Source: Nitrospinales bacterium
GTDB taxonomy: Bacteria > Nitrospinota > Nitrospinia > Nitrospinales > JAJDAT01
NCBI GenBank assembly: GCA_046757665.1
Contig: JBHHYO010000014.1
Span: 1-43,783 of the forward strand
Reading direction: 5' to 3'
Length of the DNA: 43,783 nucleotides
Part shown: positions 30,880 to 40,373 of the stretch, piece after piece
Layout of the letters: every line of letters begins with the position of its first letter
Numbering within the stretch: position 1 is the first letter of the stretch
Notes under the pieces: generated by a model
The model's database searches: none
Told to the model about the DNA's origin: nothing
What the model saw: the letters and a program-made list of their open reading frames with translations, nothing else
Program-made: the position numbers and the translations under genes

Positions 30880-30905
30880 AAAAAAAAAGCACAGGGATCC
30901 TGTGC
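30880..30905 (-). terminator. Terminator/attenuator-like hairpin directly upstream of trpE
   Basis: GCACAGG-ATC-CCTGTGC followed by T9, ending 3 nt before the trpE ATG. Confidence 0.65.
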
Positions 30906-31051
30906 CTCCCAGCCCAAACGGAGTCTGGGCAAGAAATAACGGATCGAATGTTTGTCCGACATTATCATTATGCGGAAGAAAGTTCAAGGAGTTTGAATTT
31001 CCGGCCCATTGTCCCGGGAAACCGTCCGTGCCGCGGACAATAAGCTTCAAT

Positions 31052-31879
31052 TCACTCGATCAATTTCCAGTCTTCGCCGTTCCAGCGGAGGATGATGCCG
31101 TTGTCGCCGACCACAAAGATATTGTCCTCGGAACTGCCCCAGATGGCGGTCAGGTATTCCTCGGTATTGGATTCGATGCGCGTCCATTGGCCGCCATCCA
31201 GATACATGATCATGCCGGAGTCGCCGACGGCAAACACCATGTCTTTCGACGGCCCCCAAACGTCCAGAAAAAACTCCATGGTGCGCGAAGGCATTTCCTT
31301 GAATTCGGCGCCGTCAAACCGGAAAATAACGCCGTCGGAGCCGGCCAGATACATCTCCCGAGGGCCGAATCCGTAAAACCCGTAAAACTCGGCGTTGGAG
31401 TTCAAGGTCACGCGCCGCCATTGGTCGCCATCCAGCCGCAGGACCAGGCCGTCATATCCGACGGCATACATTCCGCCTTCCCGGCACCCCCACAAGCGCG
31501 TGATATCGGTGTCGGTGCCGGTCTTCATGAATTTCCAGGCCGAGCCGTCATAATGCAGGATTTTGCCGATCCGGCTACAGGCGTAAATGTCATCCGCGGC
31601 CAGTCCCCAAATACCCGTCATGGGAGGAAGGCTTTCGGTATCCTCCACGGCCCAGGCCGAACCGTCGTAGCGCAGGATTCTTCCATCGGTGCAAACCGCA
31701 TAGACATTGTCCGGAGCGCTACCCCACAGCGATTTAAAAGTCCATCGGCCCCCGGCATCCATTGAGGACCACGTTTCGCCGTCAAAGTGCAGAATCGTGC
31801 CCTCGGCGCCGCCAACAAAAATGTTTCGCTCATCGAATCCATGAATGCAGATGAGGTGATTTTCAGTGAGTTTGGCCAT
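31052..31879 (-). CDS. Seven-bladed beta-propeller repeat protein A
   Basis: Seven ~39-aa repeats of L..IWG....N.YAVG..G.ILHYDG..W; no signal peptide. Confidence 0.85.
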   Translation of the reverse strand: MAKLTENHLICIHGFDERNIFVGGAEGTILHFDGETWSSMDAGGRWTFKSLWGSAPDNVYAVCTDGRILRYDGSAWAVEDTESLPPMTGIWGLAADDIYACSRIGKILHYDGSAWKFMKTGTDTDITRLWGCREGGMYAVGYDGLVLRLDGDQWRRVTLNSNAEFYGFYGFGPREMYLAGSDGVIFRFDGAEFKEMPSRTMEFFLDVWGPSKDMVFAVGDSGMIMYLDGGQWTRIESNTEEYLTAIWGSSEDNIFVVGDNGIILRWNGEDWKLIE

Positions 31880-31903
31880 TCTGATTTTTCCGGGCTGAAA
31901 GGG

Positions 31904-32740
31904 TTAAAGAGACATGTCGGTCCATTTTTGGCCATCGTAACGGATGACGCATCCATTATCTCCCACCGCATAAACGCAGTCGGAGCGCAGGCCGCGGACC
32001 TTGGTCAGGTAATTTTCCGTGCCGGGGTCCTGGGGAGTCCATTTCCGGCCGTCGTAGTGCAGGACGGTGGCGTTATCACCGACGGCGAAGATATTGTCGT
32101 CGGCGGTTCCCCAGAGACTCAAAAGGTACTCCTTGGTGCCGGTTTTCATAAGCGTCCATTCCTTGCCGTCAAAGTGCAGGATGGTTCCCTCGGTGCCCGA
32201 AACATACACGTTATCCACATCCGTGCCCCAAATCCCGTAGAGGGAAATGGTTTCCTCGGTCAAATCTTCGCGGCGCTCAAACTCCTTGCCGTTAAAAAAG
32301 CGGAAAATGCCCTCGCCGCCAACCGCGAAAACGTGATCGATATCCTTTCCCCAAAACCCAAACAGATCATGAATCGTATTGGGTTCCTTGTAATGCCACC
32401 GCTCCCCATCCCAGAACAATACCCGCCCGCCGGTGCCAAAAACGAAAATGTTGTGGGAATCGAAGCCATGGACGGAATTCAGGGAATCGACGTTGCCGGT
32501 TTCGATTTGCTTCCAGGCCTTGCCGTCGAAGTGCAGTACCATGCCGCCGATGCCCACGGCATAGATGTCGTTTTCATTCGCCGCCCACAGGCCCATCAAG
32601 GGATTGGTGTTGTCCGTTTGCACGGGAGTCCAGTCCTCGCCGTCAAAATGCTGTGGGACACCATCCTTGCCCACGACATAAATACTGTCTTCGCGGAACG
32701 GCCAAATATCATTCAAATCCGGCTTTTCACCGATAAACAT
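31904..32740 (-). CDS. Seven-bladed beta-propeller repeat protein B
   Basis: Seven ~39-aa repeats of the same consensus; no signal peptide. Confidence 0.85.
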   Translation of the reverse strand: MFIGEKPDLNDIWPFREDSIYVVGKDGVPQHFDGEDWTPVQTDNTNPLMGLWAANENDIYAVGIGGMVLHFDGKAWKQIETGNVDSLNSVHGFDSHNIFVFGTGGRVLFWDGERWHYKEPNTIHDLFGFWGKDIDHVFAVGGEGIFRFFNGKEFERREDLTEETISLYGIWGTDVDNVYVSGTEGTILHFDGKEWTLMKTGTKEYLLSLWGTADDNIFAVGDNATVLHYDGRKWTPQDPGTENYLTKVRGLRSDCVYAVGDNGCVIRYDGQKWTDMSL

Positions 32741-32788
32741 AGCGCTCGATTCAGGTACAGGAAAAAGGAGAGTGTCTTGGCGGCTGAA

Positions 32789-33673
32789 TTACGGCGAGAA
32801 GACAATCCTGGAAAGTTTTTTCAGTTTTTTGGAATTTTTGACCTCGGCCTGAACTTCCTCGCTGATATCGTTTTTGATTAAAATCAGCGTTTCCAGATTT
32901 GCCAGGTAATCGGACTCCGCCAGCGCCCGCGCGCCCGCATCGCCAATCCCCGTTTCATAAAGGTCCAAGAGGGTCAGGTTTTTGAAAACTTCCGAGCCGG
33001 CAATAGCCTGGGCGCCCCGAAGGCCGATAGGGTTGTAAGTCATGGTCAGTTGAGTGAGGTTTTTCAAAGTTTCAGACTGCGCCATGGCTTCGACCCCCTC
33101 GCCTTCAATGAAGTTCCAGTTCAGGTTCAGTTCGGTCAGCCGGGAGAGATTTTTGGAGCGCGCAATGGCAAACGCGCCTTCATTGCCGATATCGTTGCGG
33201 TAAAGCGATAACAGGTTCAGCCGGGTCAAGGTTTCCGATTCGGCCAGCGCCCGCGCGCCTTCGTCGCCAAGGGAATCGCCGATCCAGAGAGAAACCAGGC
33301 TACCCAGGGTCTTTGACCCGGCCAGCGCCCTGGCGCCCTCGGCGGTTATTTTATTGTCGCTCAAGACCAATTCAGAAAGGTTCAGAAAATTTTTGGAGGC
33401 CGCGAAAATTTTAAGACCTTCGTCGGTCACCTGGTTTTTAAACATATTCAAAACGGTCAAGTTGCCTGCATACTCGGATTCGGCGAGGGCGATGATTCCC
33501 TCGTCGCCTATTTCATTGAACTCCAGAAACAAGGCGGTAACGCCTTTCAACTGATCCGACTTGGACAGGGCAACAATCGCATCGTCTTTCAGTTCCTTTT
33601 CGCGCAGGTCCAACTCGTTTTTCTCAACGTCATACCCCTGCCGAACCAACTCTGCCACATCAACATCGCTCAT
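32789..33673 (-). CDS. Leucine-rich repeat protein (RI/GALA-like, about 10 x 27-aa repeats)
   Basis: Repeats of L..L.L..N.IGDEGA.ALA.S..L; start ATG 33673 after GGAAGG. Confidence 0.88.
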   Translation of the reverse strand: MSDVDVAELVRQGYDVEKNELDLREKELKDDAIVALSKSDQLKGVTALFLEFNEIGDEGIIALAESEYAGNLTVLNMFKNQVTDEGLKIFAASKNFLNLSELVLSDNKITAEGARALAGSKTLGSLVSLWIGDSLGDEGARALAESETLTRLNLLSLYRNDIGNEGAFAIARSKNLSRLTELNLNWNFIEGEGVEAMAQSETLKNLTQLTMTYNPIGLRGAQAIAGSEVFKNLTLLDLYETGIGDAGARALAESDYLANLETLILIKNDISEEVQAEVKNSKKLKKLSRIVFSP

Positions 33674-33868
33674 GGTCGCACCTTCCGGAAAGTATAGTGA
33701 ACAACAATCATTAAAATATTTTAATTTTTTTTTCAACCGTTTTTAAGTAAGATTCTCATAAAAACAATGCAAGAGCAATGCGTTTCCACGCAAAGGGGAA
33801 ATGAGCAATACTCCGTGCCAAGGCAACGTCCGGAAACCGGCCGACTCAAAACAGGTTAAAAAATTTCG

Positions 33869-34861
33869 ATGACTGTAAATATTGAAGAAATCACACAAAT
33901 TGTAAAACGCTCCAACGCTTTTATCCAGGACGTTCTCGGCGAAATCGACAAGGTCTTGGTCGGGCAAAAATATATGATCGAGCGCCTGATTCTCGGCTTG
34001 TTGACCGGCGATCATATTCTGGTGGAAGGGCTTCCGGGTTTGGCGAAAACGACGGCGGTCAAAACGCTGGCGCAAACCATCCGGGCGAATTTTCAACGCA
34101 TCCAGTTCACCCCCGACCTGTTGCCGGCGGATATTCTGGGCACCCAGATTTACCAGCCCAAGACCGGCGAGTTCGTCGTTAAAAAGGGTCCGTTGTTCGC
34201 CAATATTATTCTGGCGGACGAAATCAACCGGGCTCCCGCCAAGGTGCAAAGCGCCCTTCTGGAGGCGATGCAGGAGCGCCAGATTACGATTGCCGATCAA
34301 ACGTTCCAGCTGGAACAGCCATTTTTGGTCATGGCCACCCAAAACCCCATCGAACAGGAGGGAACCTACCCCCTGCCCGAGGCCCAGGTCGACCGGTTTA
34401 TGCTGAAGCTCCGCATCGGCTACCCTACACCGGACGAGGAAAAAACCATCATGCGAAGAATGGCGTCGGTCAACAACCATTACCCCGTCAAGCCCGTGGT
34501 TCATCCCCAGGATATTTTGAAAGCCCGGGAGTCCATGGAGTTGATGTATATCGACGAAAACCTGCAAGATTACATTGTCAACATTGTCATGGCCACCCGC
34601 GACCCGAAAGCGTTCAACCTGCAATCGCTGGACGGCATGATCCAATACGGCGCGTCACCGCGCGCTTCCATTTATCTCAACCGCGCGGCGAAAGCCTACG
34701 CCTTCATGCAAAACCGCGGGTACGTCATCCCACACGACATCAAAACCATCGGCGCAGACGTTCTGCGCCACCGCCTTATTTTGACTTACGAGGCGGAAGC
34801 GGAAAACGTCACTCCCGACGAGATCATCCAGAAAATTTTCGACACGATCGAAGTGCCTTGA
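33869..34861 (+). CDS. moxR: MoxR-family AAA+ ATPase
   Basis: GLPGLAKT Walker A, RIQFTPDLLPAD, LADEINR, ATQNPIEQEGTYPLPEAQVDRF. Confidence 0.95.
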   Translation: MTVNIEEITQIVKRSNAFIQDVLGEIDKVLVGQKYMIERLILGLLTGDHILVEGLPGLAKTTAVKTLAQTIRANFQRIQFTPDLLPADILGTQIYQPKTGEFVVKKGPLFANIILADEINRAPAKVQSALLEAMQERQITIADQTFQLEQPFLVMATQNPIEQEGTYPLPEAQVDRFMLKLRIGYPTPDEEKTIMRRMASVNNHYPVKPVVHPQDILKARESMELMYIDENLQDYIVNIVMATRDPKAFNLQSLDGMIQYGASPRASIYLNRAAKAYAFMQNRGYVIPHDIKTIGADVLRHRLILTYEAEAENVTPDEIIQKIFDTIEVP

Positions 34862-34875
34862 CCCGGCCCGCGGAT

Positions 34876-35832
34876 ATGATACTGCAAAACCTGAGCGCCA
34901 GATGGCTCCGCCTGTTTCACCCGCCGCCCCCGCCGCCTCCCGACCCGGAAAAACAAATTTCCGCCGATTTGTTGAAAAAAATCCGGGCCATCCAGGTCAA
35001 AACCAATTACCTGGTCAACAGCGCCATTGCCGGCGAATACGTCTCGGCCTTCAAGGGCCGGGGCATGGAGTTCTCCGAGGTCAGGGAATACACGCCGGGC
35101 GACGACGTGCGTCTCATTGACTGGAACGTCACCGCCAGGGTCGGCCAACCCTTTGTCAAGGAATTCCGGGAGGAACGCGAACTGACCGTTATGTTGATCG
35201 TCGATGTCAGTTCCTCGGGCGAGTTTGGATCGGTGGACCGGTTGAAGAACGAAATTTCCGCGGAAATCGCCTCCATCCTGGCCTTTTCGGCCATCAAGAA
35301 TAACGACAAAGTCGGTCTGATCGTCTTCTCCGACACGATCGAACATTATATTCCTCCGAAAAAAGGCAAGGCCCATATCTGGAACGTCATCCGCACCATA
35401 TTGAATTTTACGCCGGAGGGAAGAAGAACCGATTTGAGCCTTCCCCTGCAATACCTTCTCAATATCCAAAGACGCAAGACGGTGGCTTTCCTGATTTCGG
35501 ATTTTCAGGCGGAAGGATATGAAAAAGCCTTGAAGCTGGCCAAACAAAAACACGATATTATTGCCATTGCCGTAACCGATCCGCGAGAGCTGACCCTGCC
35601 GGAAAACATCGGCAGGATTCATTTGGAAGACGCCGAAACCGGGGAGTCTATTTTTGTGGACACCGGCGACAAAAGCATCATGGAGCGCTTCCGCCGACTC
35701 AAACAGGAGGAAATGGAAAAACGGAAAAAATTTTTCCGGTCCGCCGGTTTGGATGTTATCGAAATCATGACCGATCAATCCTTGACCGAACCTATTATCC
35801 GTTTCTTCAAAATGCGGGAGAAAAAACATTGA
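34876..35832 (+). CDS. DUF58-domain protein
   Basis: GRGMEFSEVREYTPGDDVRLIDWNVTAR, DVSSS, ISDF; start 34858 or 34876. Confidence 0.92.
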   Translation: MILQNLSARWLRLFHPPPPPPPDPEKQISADLLKKIRAIQVKTNYLVNSAIAGEYVSAFKGRGMEFSEVREYTPGDDVRLIDWNVTARVGQPFVKEFREERELTVMLIVDVSSSGEFGSVDRLKNEISAEIASILAFSAIKNNDKVGLIVFSDTIEHYIPPKKGKAHIWNVIRTILNFTPEGRRTDLSLPLQYLLNIQRRKTVAFLISDFQAEGYEKALKLAKQKHDIIAIAVTDPRELTLPENIGRIHLEDAETGESIFVDTGDKSIMERFRRLKQEEMEKRKKFFRSAGLDVIEIMTDQSLTEPIIRFFKMREKKH

Positions 35833-35833
35833 T

Positions 35834-36286
35834 ATGAGTCATCCCAATTCCGAGCAAAATCAGGAAGGTGTCAACAAGCCCATCAAGATTTTCGTTATCA
35901 TCCTGACCGTTATCACCTTTATTGCCTTTGTCATCTTCATGTACCTTCTCGTAAGCAAGATATTTTCCTCTTCCGGGGCGAAAAACTGGGACAAGCAGTT
36001 GCTTCAAGTTGGGGACCGGCTCAAGAGCGAAGGCCTCCGGGAAGAGGCTATCGAGCAGTACAGGCAATTTCTTTCGGGCCAAAAAATCGACCCGGTTGTC
36101 CGGGCAGAGGTTTCTCATTCCATCGGCGACATCTACAGGGAACAGGGAAACTGCCGGCAGGCCCTGGTCTGGTTTTTTCAGGCCGAGTTGGCCGACGCTG
36201 AAACCTCACGGAAAAACGACATCGATTCAAAAATCGCCGCTTGCCGCCGGCAATTGAAAAGTCTTTCGCCAGCCGAATCAAAATGA
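35834..36286 (+). CDS. Membrane-anchored TPR protein
   Basis: N-terminal TM followed by TPR-like helices; tightly coupled within the operon. Confidence 0.75.
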   Translation: MSHPNSEQNQEGVNKPIKIFVIILTVITFIAFVIFMYLLVSKIFSSSGAKNWDKQLLQVGDRLKSEGLREEAIEQYRQFLSGQKIDPVVRAEVSHSIGDIYREQGNCRQALVWFFQAELADAETSRKNDIDSKIAACRRQLKSLSPAESK

Positions 36287-37293
36287 CCATGCAATCTCTC
36301 CGGCTTCCCACGGCATCCGTCATCGTTCGAGTGGCGCTCATGATTGTGTTGCTGTTCCAGATCCAAACTGGACGCGCAGAGGAAAGCGACCCCCCTTCGC
36401 CCATTTCAATAGACGCCGGGGTGGATAAAACCGATCTCACGGTGGGGGACGTTGTCACTTTTTCTGTAACGGTGCGCGCGGACCCGGACATTCAACCCTC
36501 CACCCCCGATTTTTCCGGACAATTCAAGGGATTCGATCTCATCGACAACGGCGCCGAGGCGCCGAAAAAAGTGGATGGACAAATCGAGTTCACCTACTGG
36601 TACCGGCTTCGCGCCGACTTGCCTGGAACTTATACGATTTCGCCGGTTCCTCTCACCTTCGCGGCTCCGGACCCGCAAAACAGCGGAGAAATGGTGCAAG
36701 GGCAAACTCTGACTCCGGAGGTCCGTCTCGAAATCAAATCCATTCTGCATCTTCAAGGGGAGCCGACGGATATCCGCGACATCAAATCGATTCTGGAGAT
36801 TCGCGAGGGGTGGATGACGCCTCTGGTAGTCGGCCTGTTACTGCTGGCCGCGGCAGGCGCGGCCGCCAGGTTTCTGCGCAGGAAAAAACCCCCGGCGCAG
36901 GCGCCTGAACAATCCATCGCCCTGCCGCCACACGAACTCGCCCTGCGCGAACTTCAGACTCTGAAAGCCAAAAAATGGATGGAGAAAGGATATTTCCATG
37001 AACATTATTTTGCGTTGTCGGAAATCTTCCGCCGCTACCTGGGGAACCGGTTCCTTTTCCCGGCATTGGACTGGACGTCGGAAGAGATCAACCGCAAACT
37101 CCGGGAACTGCCCGATATCGACGCGGATTTGCGGCAACAGGTGCAAACCATTCTCGAACATACCGATCGGGTGAAATTCGCCAAGCACATTCCAAGGCTC
37201 GGCGATGCCGCTCAAATCATGGACTTCATTCTGTCATTTGTTCATTCCACCCGGCCTGTCGAAGAGGTTCAAACTCCGCAAGCCCGAGCATAA
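36283..37293 (+). CDS. Bat-operon-associated exported/membrane protein (BatD N-domain/DUF4381-like)
   Basis: Signal peptide, VDKTDLTVGD, DIRDIK, TM, LPPHELALREL, LSEIFRRYL, DRVKFAK. Confidence 0.75.
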   Translation: MTMQSLRLPTASVIVRVALMIVLLFQIQTGRAEESDPPSPISIDAGVDKTDLTVGDVVTFSVTVRADPDIQPSTPDFSGQFKGFDLIDNGAEAPKKVDGQIEFTYWYRLRADLPGTYTISPVPLTFAAPDPQNSGEMVQGQTLTPEVRLEIKSILHLQGEPTDIRDIKSILEIREGWMTPLVVGLLLLAAAGAAARFLRRKKPPAQAPEQSIALPPHELALRELQTLKAKKWMEKGYFHEHYFALSEIFRRYLGNRFLFPALDWTSEEINRKLRELPDIDADLRQQVQTILEHTDRVKFAKHIPRLGDAAQIMDFILSFVHSTRPVEEVQTPQARA

Positions 37294-37297
37294 CACC

Positions 37298-38296
37298 ATG
37301 CCGTTTTTACGTTTTCAAGACCCCTGGTTCCTGCTTTTCCTGCTGGTCATTCCTTTGTTTTTGATGACGAACCAAAAAAAGCGAAACGCCGTTTTTCACT
37401 ACTCTTCCATCGCCACGCTGAAAGCCATACACGCATCGGGAAACAAAATCCTGGAAAATCTTCCACTGGCCCTGCGTTGCCTCGCCATAGCGCTTATCGT
37501 GATGGCTTTGGCCCGGCCGCAGGAAGGCCGGCAAAGCAGGGAAATCCTTTCCGTCGGTGTTGATATCATTTTGGCCATAGACACGTCGGGAAGTATGGCC
37601 GCGCTCGACTTCACCAAAGGCAAAAAGCGCATCACCCGTTTGCAGGTGGTCAAGGACGTAGTCACCGAATTTGTCCGAAACCGGGAAAACGACCGCATCG
37701 GAATCGTTGCCTTCGGCGCCGAGGCATTCACCCAGTGCCCCCTGACCCTGGACCACGGTATCCTCCTCTCCCTGCTGGACAAACTGACCATAGGAATCGC
37801 CGGCGACTCCACGGCCATCGGTTCCGCCGTGGGAATCTCGGTCAAACGCCTGAAAGACCTGAAATCCAAGTCCAAGGTGATCATCCTCCTCACTGACGGA
37901 CGAAACAACGCAGGAGACATTCTACCCCCGCAAGCGGCGGAGATCGCCAAATCCCTTGATATTAAAATTTACACCATTGGAGTAGGAACCCGCGGAAAAG
38001 CCCCCTTCCTGGTCGATACCGTGCTCGGCAAGCGGTATGTTTACCAGGAAGTCGATATTGATGAGGAGACTCTGCAAAAAATGTCGCAATTGACGGGAGC
38101 AAAATATTTCCGGGCCACCGACCTGGAATCCCTGAAGGACATTTACCGGCAGATCGACCGGCTGGAAAAATCAGAAGTGAAAGTCATCGAGCACACCAAT
38201 TACCGGGAACTGTTCGCCCTGTTCTTAATCCCCGGGCTTTACCTGGTTTTATTGGAAATCCTCGCATCCGGAACCCGGTTAAGGAGAATCCCCTGA
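37298..38296 (+). CDS. batA: VWA domain protein, BatA-like
   Basis: F.DPWFLL, LARPQ, DTSGS MIDAS, DRIGIVAF, TAIG, LTDG, IYTIGVG. Confidence 0.88.
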   Translation: MPFLRFQDPWFLLFLLVIPLFLMTNQKKRNAVFHYSSIATLKAIHASGNKILENLPLALRCLAIALIVMALARPQEGRQSREILSVGVDIILAIDTSGSMAALDFTKGKKRITRLQVVKDVVTEFVRNRENDRIGIVAFGAEAFTQCPLTLDHGILLSLLDKLTIGIAGDSTAIGSAVGISVKRLKDLKSKSKVIILLTDGRNNAGDILPPQAAEIAKSLDIKIYTIGVGTRGKAPFLVDTVLGKRYVYQEVDIDEETLQKMSQLTGAKYFRATDLESLKDIYRQIDRLEKSEVKVIEHTNYRELFALFLIPGLYLVLLEILASGTRLRRIP

Positions 38297-38297
38297 A

Positions 38298-39305
38298 ATG
38301 CGCTTCGGTCAACCCGAATACTTTCATTTGCTCTGGCTGTGCGTGGGGCTGATCCTGTTTTTCACCTGGGCAGGACGAAAAAGAAGCCTTCTGACAGCGG
38401 CGTTTTGCGATGACCGGGTTTTGCCCAAGCTCCTGGACCGGCAAGCTCTGAAAAAACGCAAAACCAGGGCCGCTTGCATGGTCCTGGCGGTAACTTCGCT
38501 TATCCTTGCGCTTACCCAGCCGCGCTGGGGATTTAAGTGGGAAGACCTGAAACAGGAGGGCGTGGACATTGTCGTTGTTCTGGATGTTTCCCGGAGTATG
38601 CTGGCGGAAGACATCAAACCCAACCGGCTGGAGCGCGCCAAGCGCAAGGTCAAGGACTTGATTGGAATGCTGGAGGGCGACCGCGTTGGCCTGGTCGCTT
38701 TTGCCGGAACCAGTTATCTGCAAAGCCCTCTCACCCTGGACTATGCCGCCGCGGAAATGTTCCTCGACATCATCGACACCGATCTGATTCCCCTTCCGGG
38801 CACGGCCCTGGGACACGCCATCCGCACCGCCGTAAAGGCATTCCCGGAAAAGGGAAAAGCCGCCAAGGCCATTATCCTGATCACCGATGGGGAAGACCAT
38901 GAAGGCCACGCCCTGGAAGCCGCCAGGCTCGCCGGAGAAAAGGGCATTAAAATCTTCGCCATAGGCATCGGCCGGGAACTGGGCGCACCCATTCCGCAGG
39001 CCGGCCAAAAAGGTGGGTTCAAAAAGGACGAACGCGGCGAAGTGGTTTTATCCAAACTGGACGAGATGACCTTGCAGAAAATCGCTTTGGAAACCGGCGG
39101 CATTTATGTCCGATCCGTTACGGGAGACATGGACCTGAGCAAAATCTATCTCGAAAACATCAGCCGCAAGATTGAGAAAAAGGAACTCAAAACCGGGCGA
39201 AGAAAAATCTGGCAGGAAAGGTTTCAATGGTTTGCTTTTATCGCCCTGATCTGTTTGATCGGCGAGTTTTTCATCAACGAACGAAGGACAAACCTCAAAA
39301 CATAA
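38298..39305 (+). CDS. batB: VWA domain protein, BatB-like
   Basis: LTQPRWG, DVSRSM.AEDIKPNRL, DRVGLVAFAG, ITDGEDH. Confidence 0.88.
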   Translation: MRFGQPEYFHLLWLCVGLILFFTWAGRKRSLLTAAFCDDRVLPKLLDRQALKKRKTRAACMVLAVTSLILALTQPRWGFKWEDLKQEGVDIVVVLDVSRSMLAEDIKPNRLERAKRKVKDLIGMLEGDRVGLVAFAGTSYLQSPLTLDYAAAEMFLDIIDTDLIPLPGTALGHAIRTAVKAFPEKGKAAKAIILITDGEDHEGHALEAARLAGEKGIKIFAIGIGRELGAPIPQAGQKGGFKKDERGEVVLSKLDEMTLQKIALETGGIYVRSVTGDMDLSKIYLENISRKIEKKELKTGRRKIWQERFQWFAFIALICLIGEFFINERRTNLKT

Positions 39306-39313
39306 ACTCTTTC

Positions 39314-39351
39314 AAAAAAAACAGCGCCGGGGTAACCACCCCGGCGCTGTT
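39314..39351 (-). terminator. Intrinsic terminator between the convergent bat and copper-protein units
   Basis: AACAGCGCCGGGG-TAACCA-CCCCGGCGCTGTT perfect stem with adjacent A-tract. Confidence 0.85.
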
Positions 39352-39373
39352 GCGGTTCAAAAACAACCAGGCG

Positions 39374-40183
39374 TTATTTTTTCACCTCAAAATCAGCCGT
39401 TACGGCTCCTTTTACTTCAATCTCCTGGGTCGAGGAACCTGCGTACGGATGCCACGCGGTAACCTTGTACTTGCCGTCCGGAATACCGTCGATTTTAAAA
39501 GTCCCGTCGGCTCCAGTGATCGCATAGTAAGGATTCCAGACAATCCTGCCATCCGACTCCATGAAGTTGTGCTGATCGCACTGGACGAAGAAATGCTTAT
39601 CCTTTTTCTTCTTGAAGCGCTTGAAGGATTTGGTAACGTCAGCCTTGTCTCCCTGGGAAGGCAACGGCTTGTTGAACAAGGTCTTGCGGTTGGCGCCGGC
39701 CACGGAATAACCATGCGGATTGTGCAAAATATTCGGGTCATGGTTTTCGATGACAGTATTAACGAATTTCTCCTTTTTCATCCATCTTTCGGTCTTTCGG
39801 ATGGGGAACATCTTGGGAGTGATCGCGCACTTTGCGAAATCGATTTTCGTCGTAACTTTCGGCCAGTCTTTTCCCTTGTCGATGTTTTCGATAAAAACCA
39901 TCGCGTCCATCAACTTCCCGCCATTGGCGGTGATCTTGTGGTCAACCCGGGTCATGGTAGCCTTGTCGGCATCGGGATGAGTCACGCAGAATTCAGGATT
40001 TTTCGCTTTGGCGAGATCAATCTTGACGTCCTTGAGAGGCCCGTTGTAGGTCACCGTACCACTGATGGACCCGCTACCGGGCGCTCCACCCTCGTAGACT
40101 TTCTTCTTGGCAAAGCTGGTGCCGCTTCCCAAGGCAAACGCGAGTCCTAAAACCAATACAAAGGTAATAGCTCTTTTAATCAT
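39374..40183 (-). CDS. Secreted protein with a cupredoxin-like type-1 Cu motif and a carboxypeptidase-regulatory-like domain
   Basis: Signal peptide ending SFA; GSISGTV; LHNPH...CDQHNFM; NPYYAITGADGTFKIDGIPDGKYKVTAWHP; AGGAGG RBS. Confidence 0.8.
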   Translation of the reverse strand: MIKRAITFVLVLGLAFALGSGTSFAKKKVYEGGAPGSGSISGTVTYNGPLKDVKIDLAKAKNPEFCVTHPDADKATMTRVDHKITANGGKLMDAMVFIENIDKGKDWPKVTTKIDFAKCAITPKMFPIRKTERWMKKEKFVNTVIENHDPNILHNPHGYSVAGANRKTLFNKPLPSQGDKADVTKSFKRFKKKKDKHFFVQCDQHNFMESDGRIVWNPYYAITGADGTFKIDGIPDGKYKVTAWHPYAGSSTQEIEVKGAVTADFEVKK

Positions 40184-40311
40184 TAATCATTATCCTCCTG
40201 TTAGATTTTATTTTGAAAATGCAACAGCAAGGTCGAGAACCGAAGAACCCGTCTTGCCCCACTTATCCGGGAAAGCGCCTGCAAACCAGCACCCTCCAAG
40301 CGGGAAATGCG

Positions 40312-40343
40312 AAAAAATGGGGACCTCGGTTAAGAGGCCCCCA
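40312..40343 (-). terminator. Intrinsic terminator-like hairpin after the multicopper oxidase
   Basis: Minus strand TGGGGGCCTC-TTAACC-GAGGTCCCCA followed by T6. Confidence 0.7.
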
Positions 40344-40373
40344 CAATTTCATTTAAGAAACCACGAACAGGCC

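Noticed and set aside
30877..31050. 58-aa N-terminal extension of TrpE in the ORF track
   Set aside because: It runs through the hairpin/T-tract leader; homology to TrpE begins at ATG 30876
33804..33820. Sigma54-like TGGCACGGAGTATTGCT upstream of the LRR gene
   Set aside because: GG-to-GC spacing is 11 nt rather than the strictly required 10
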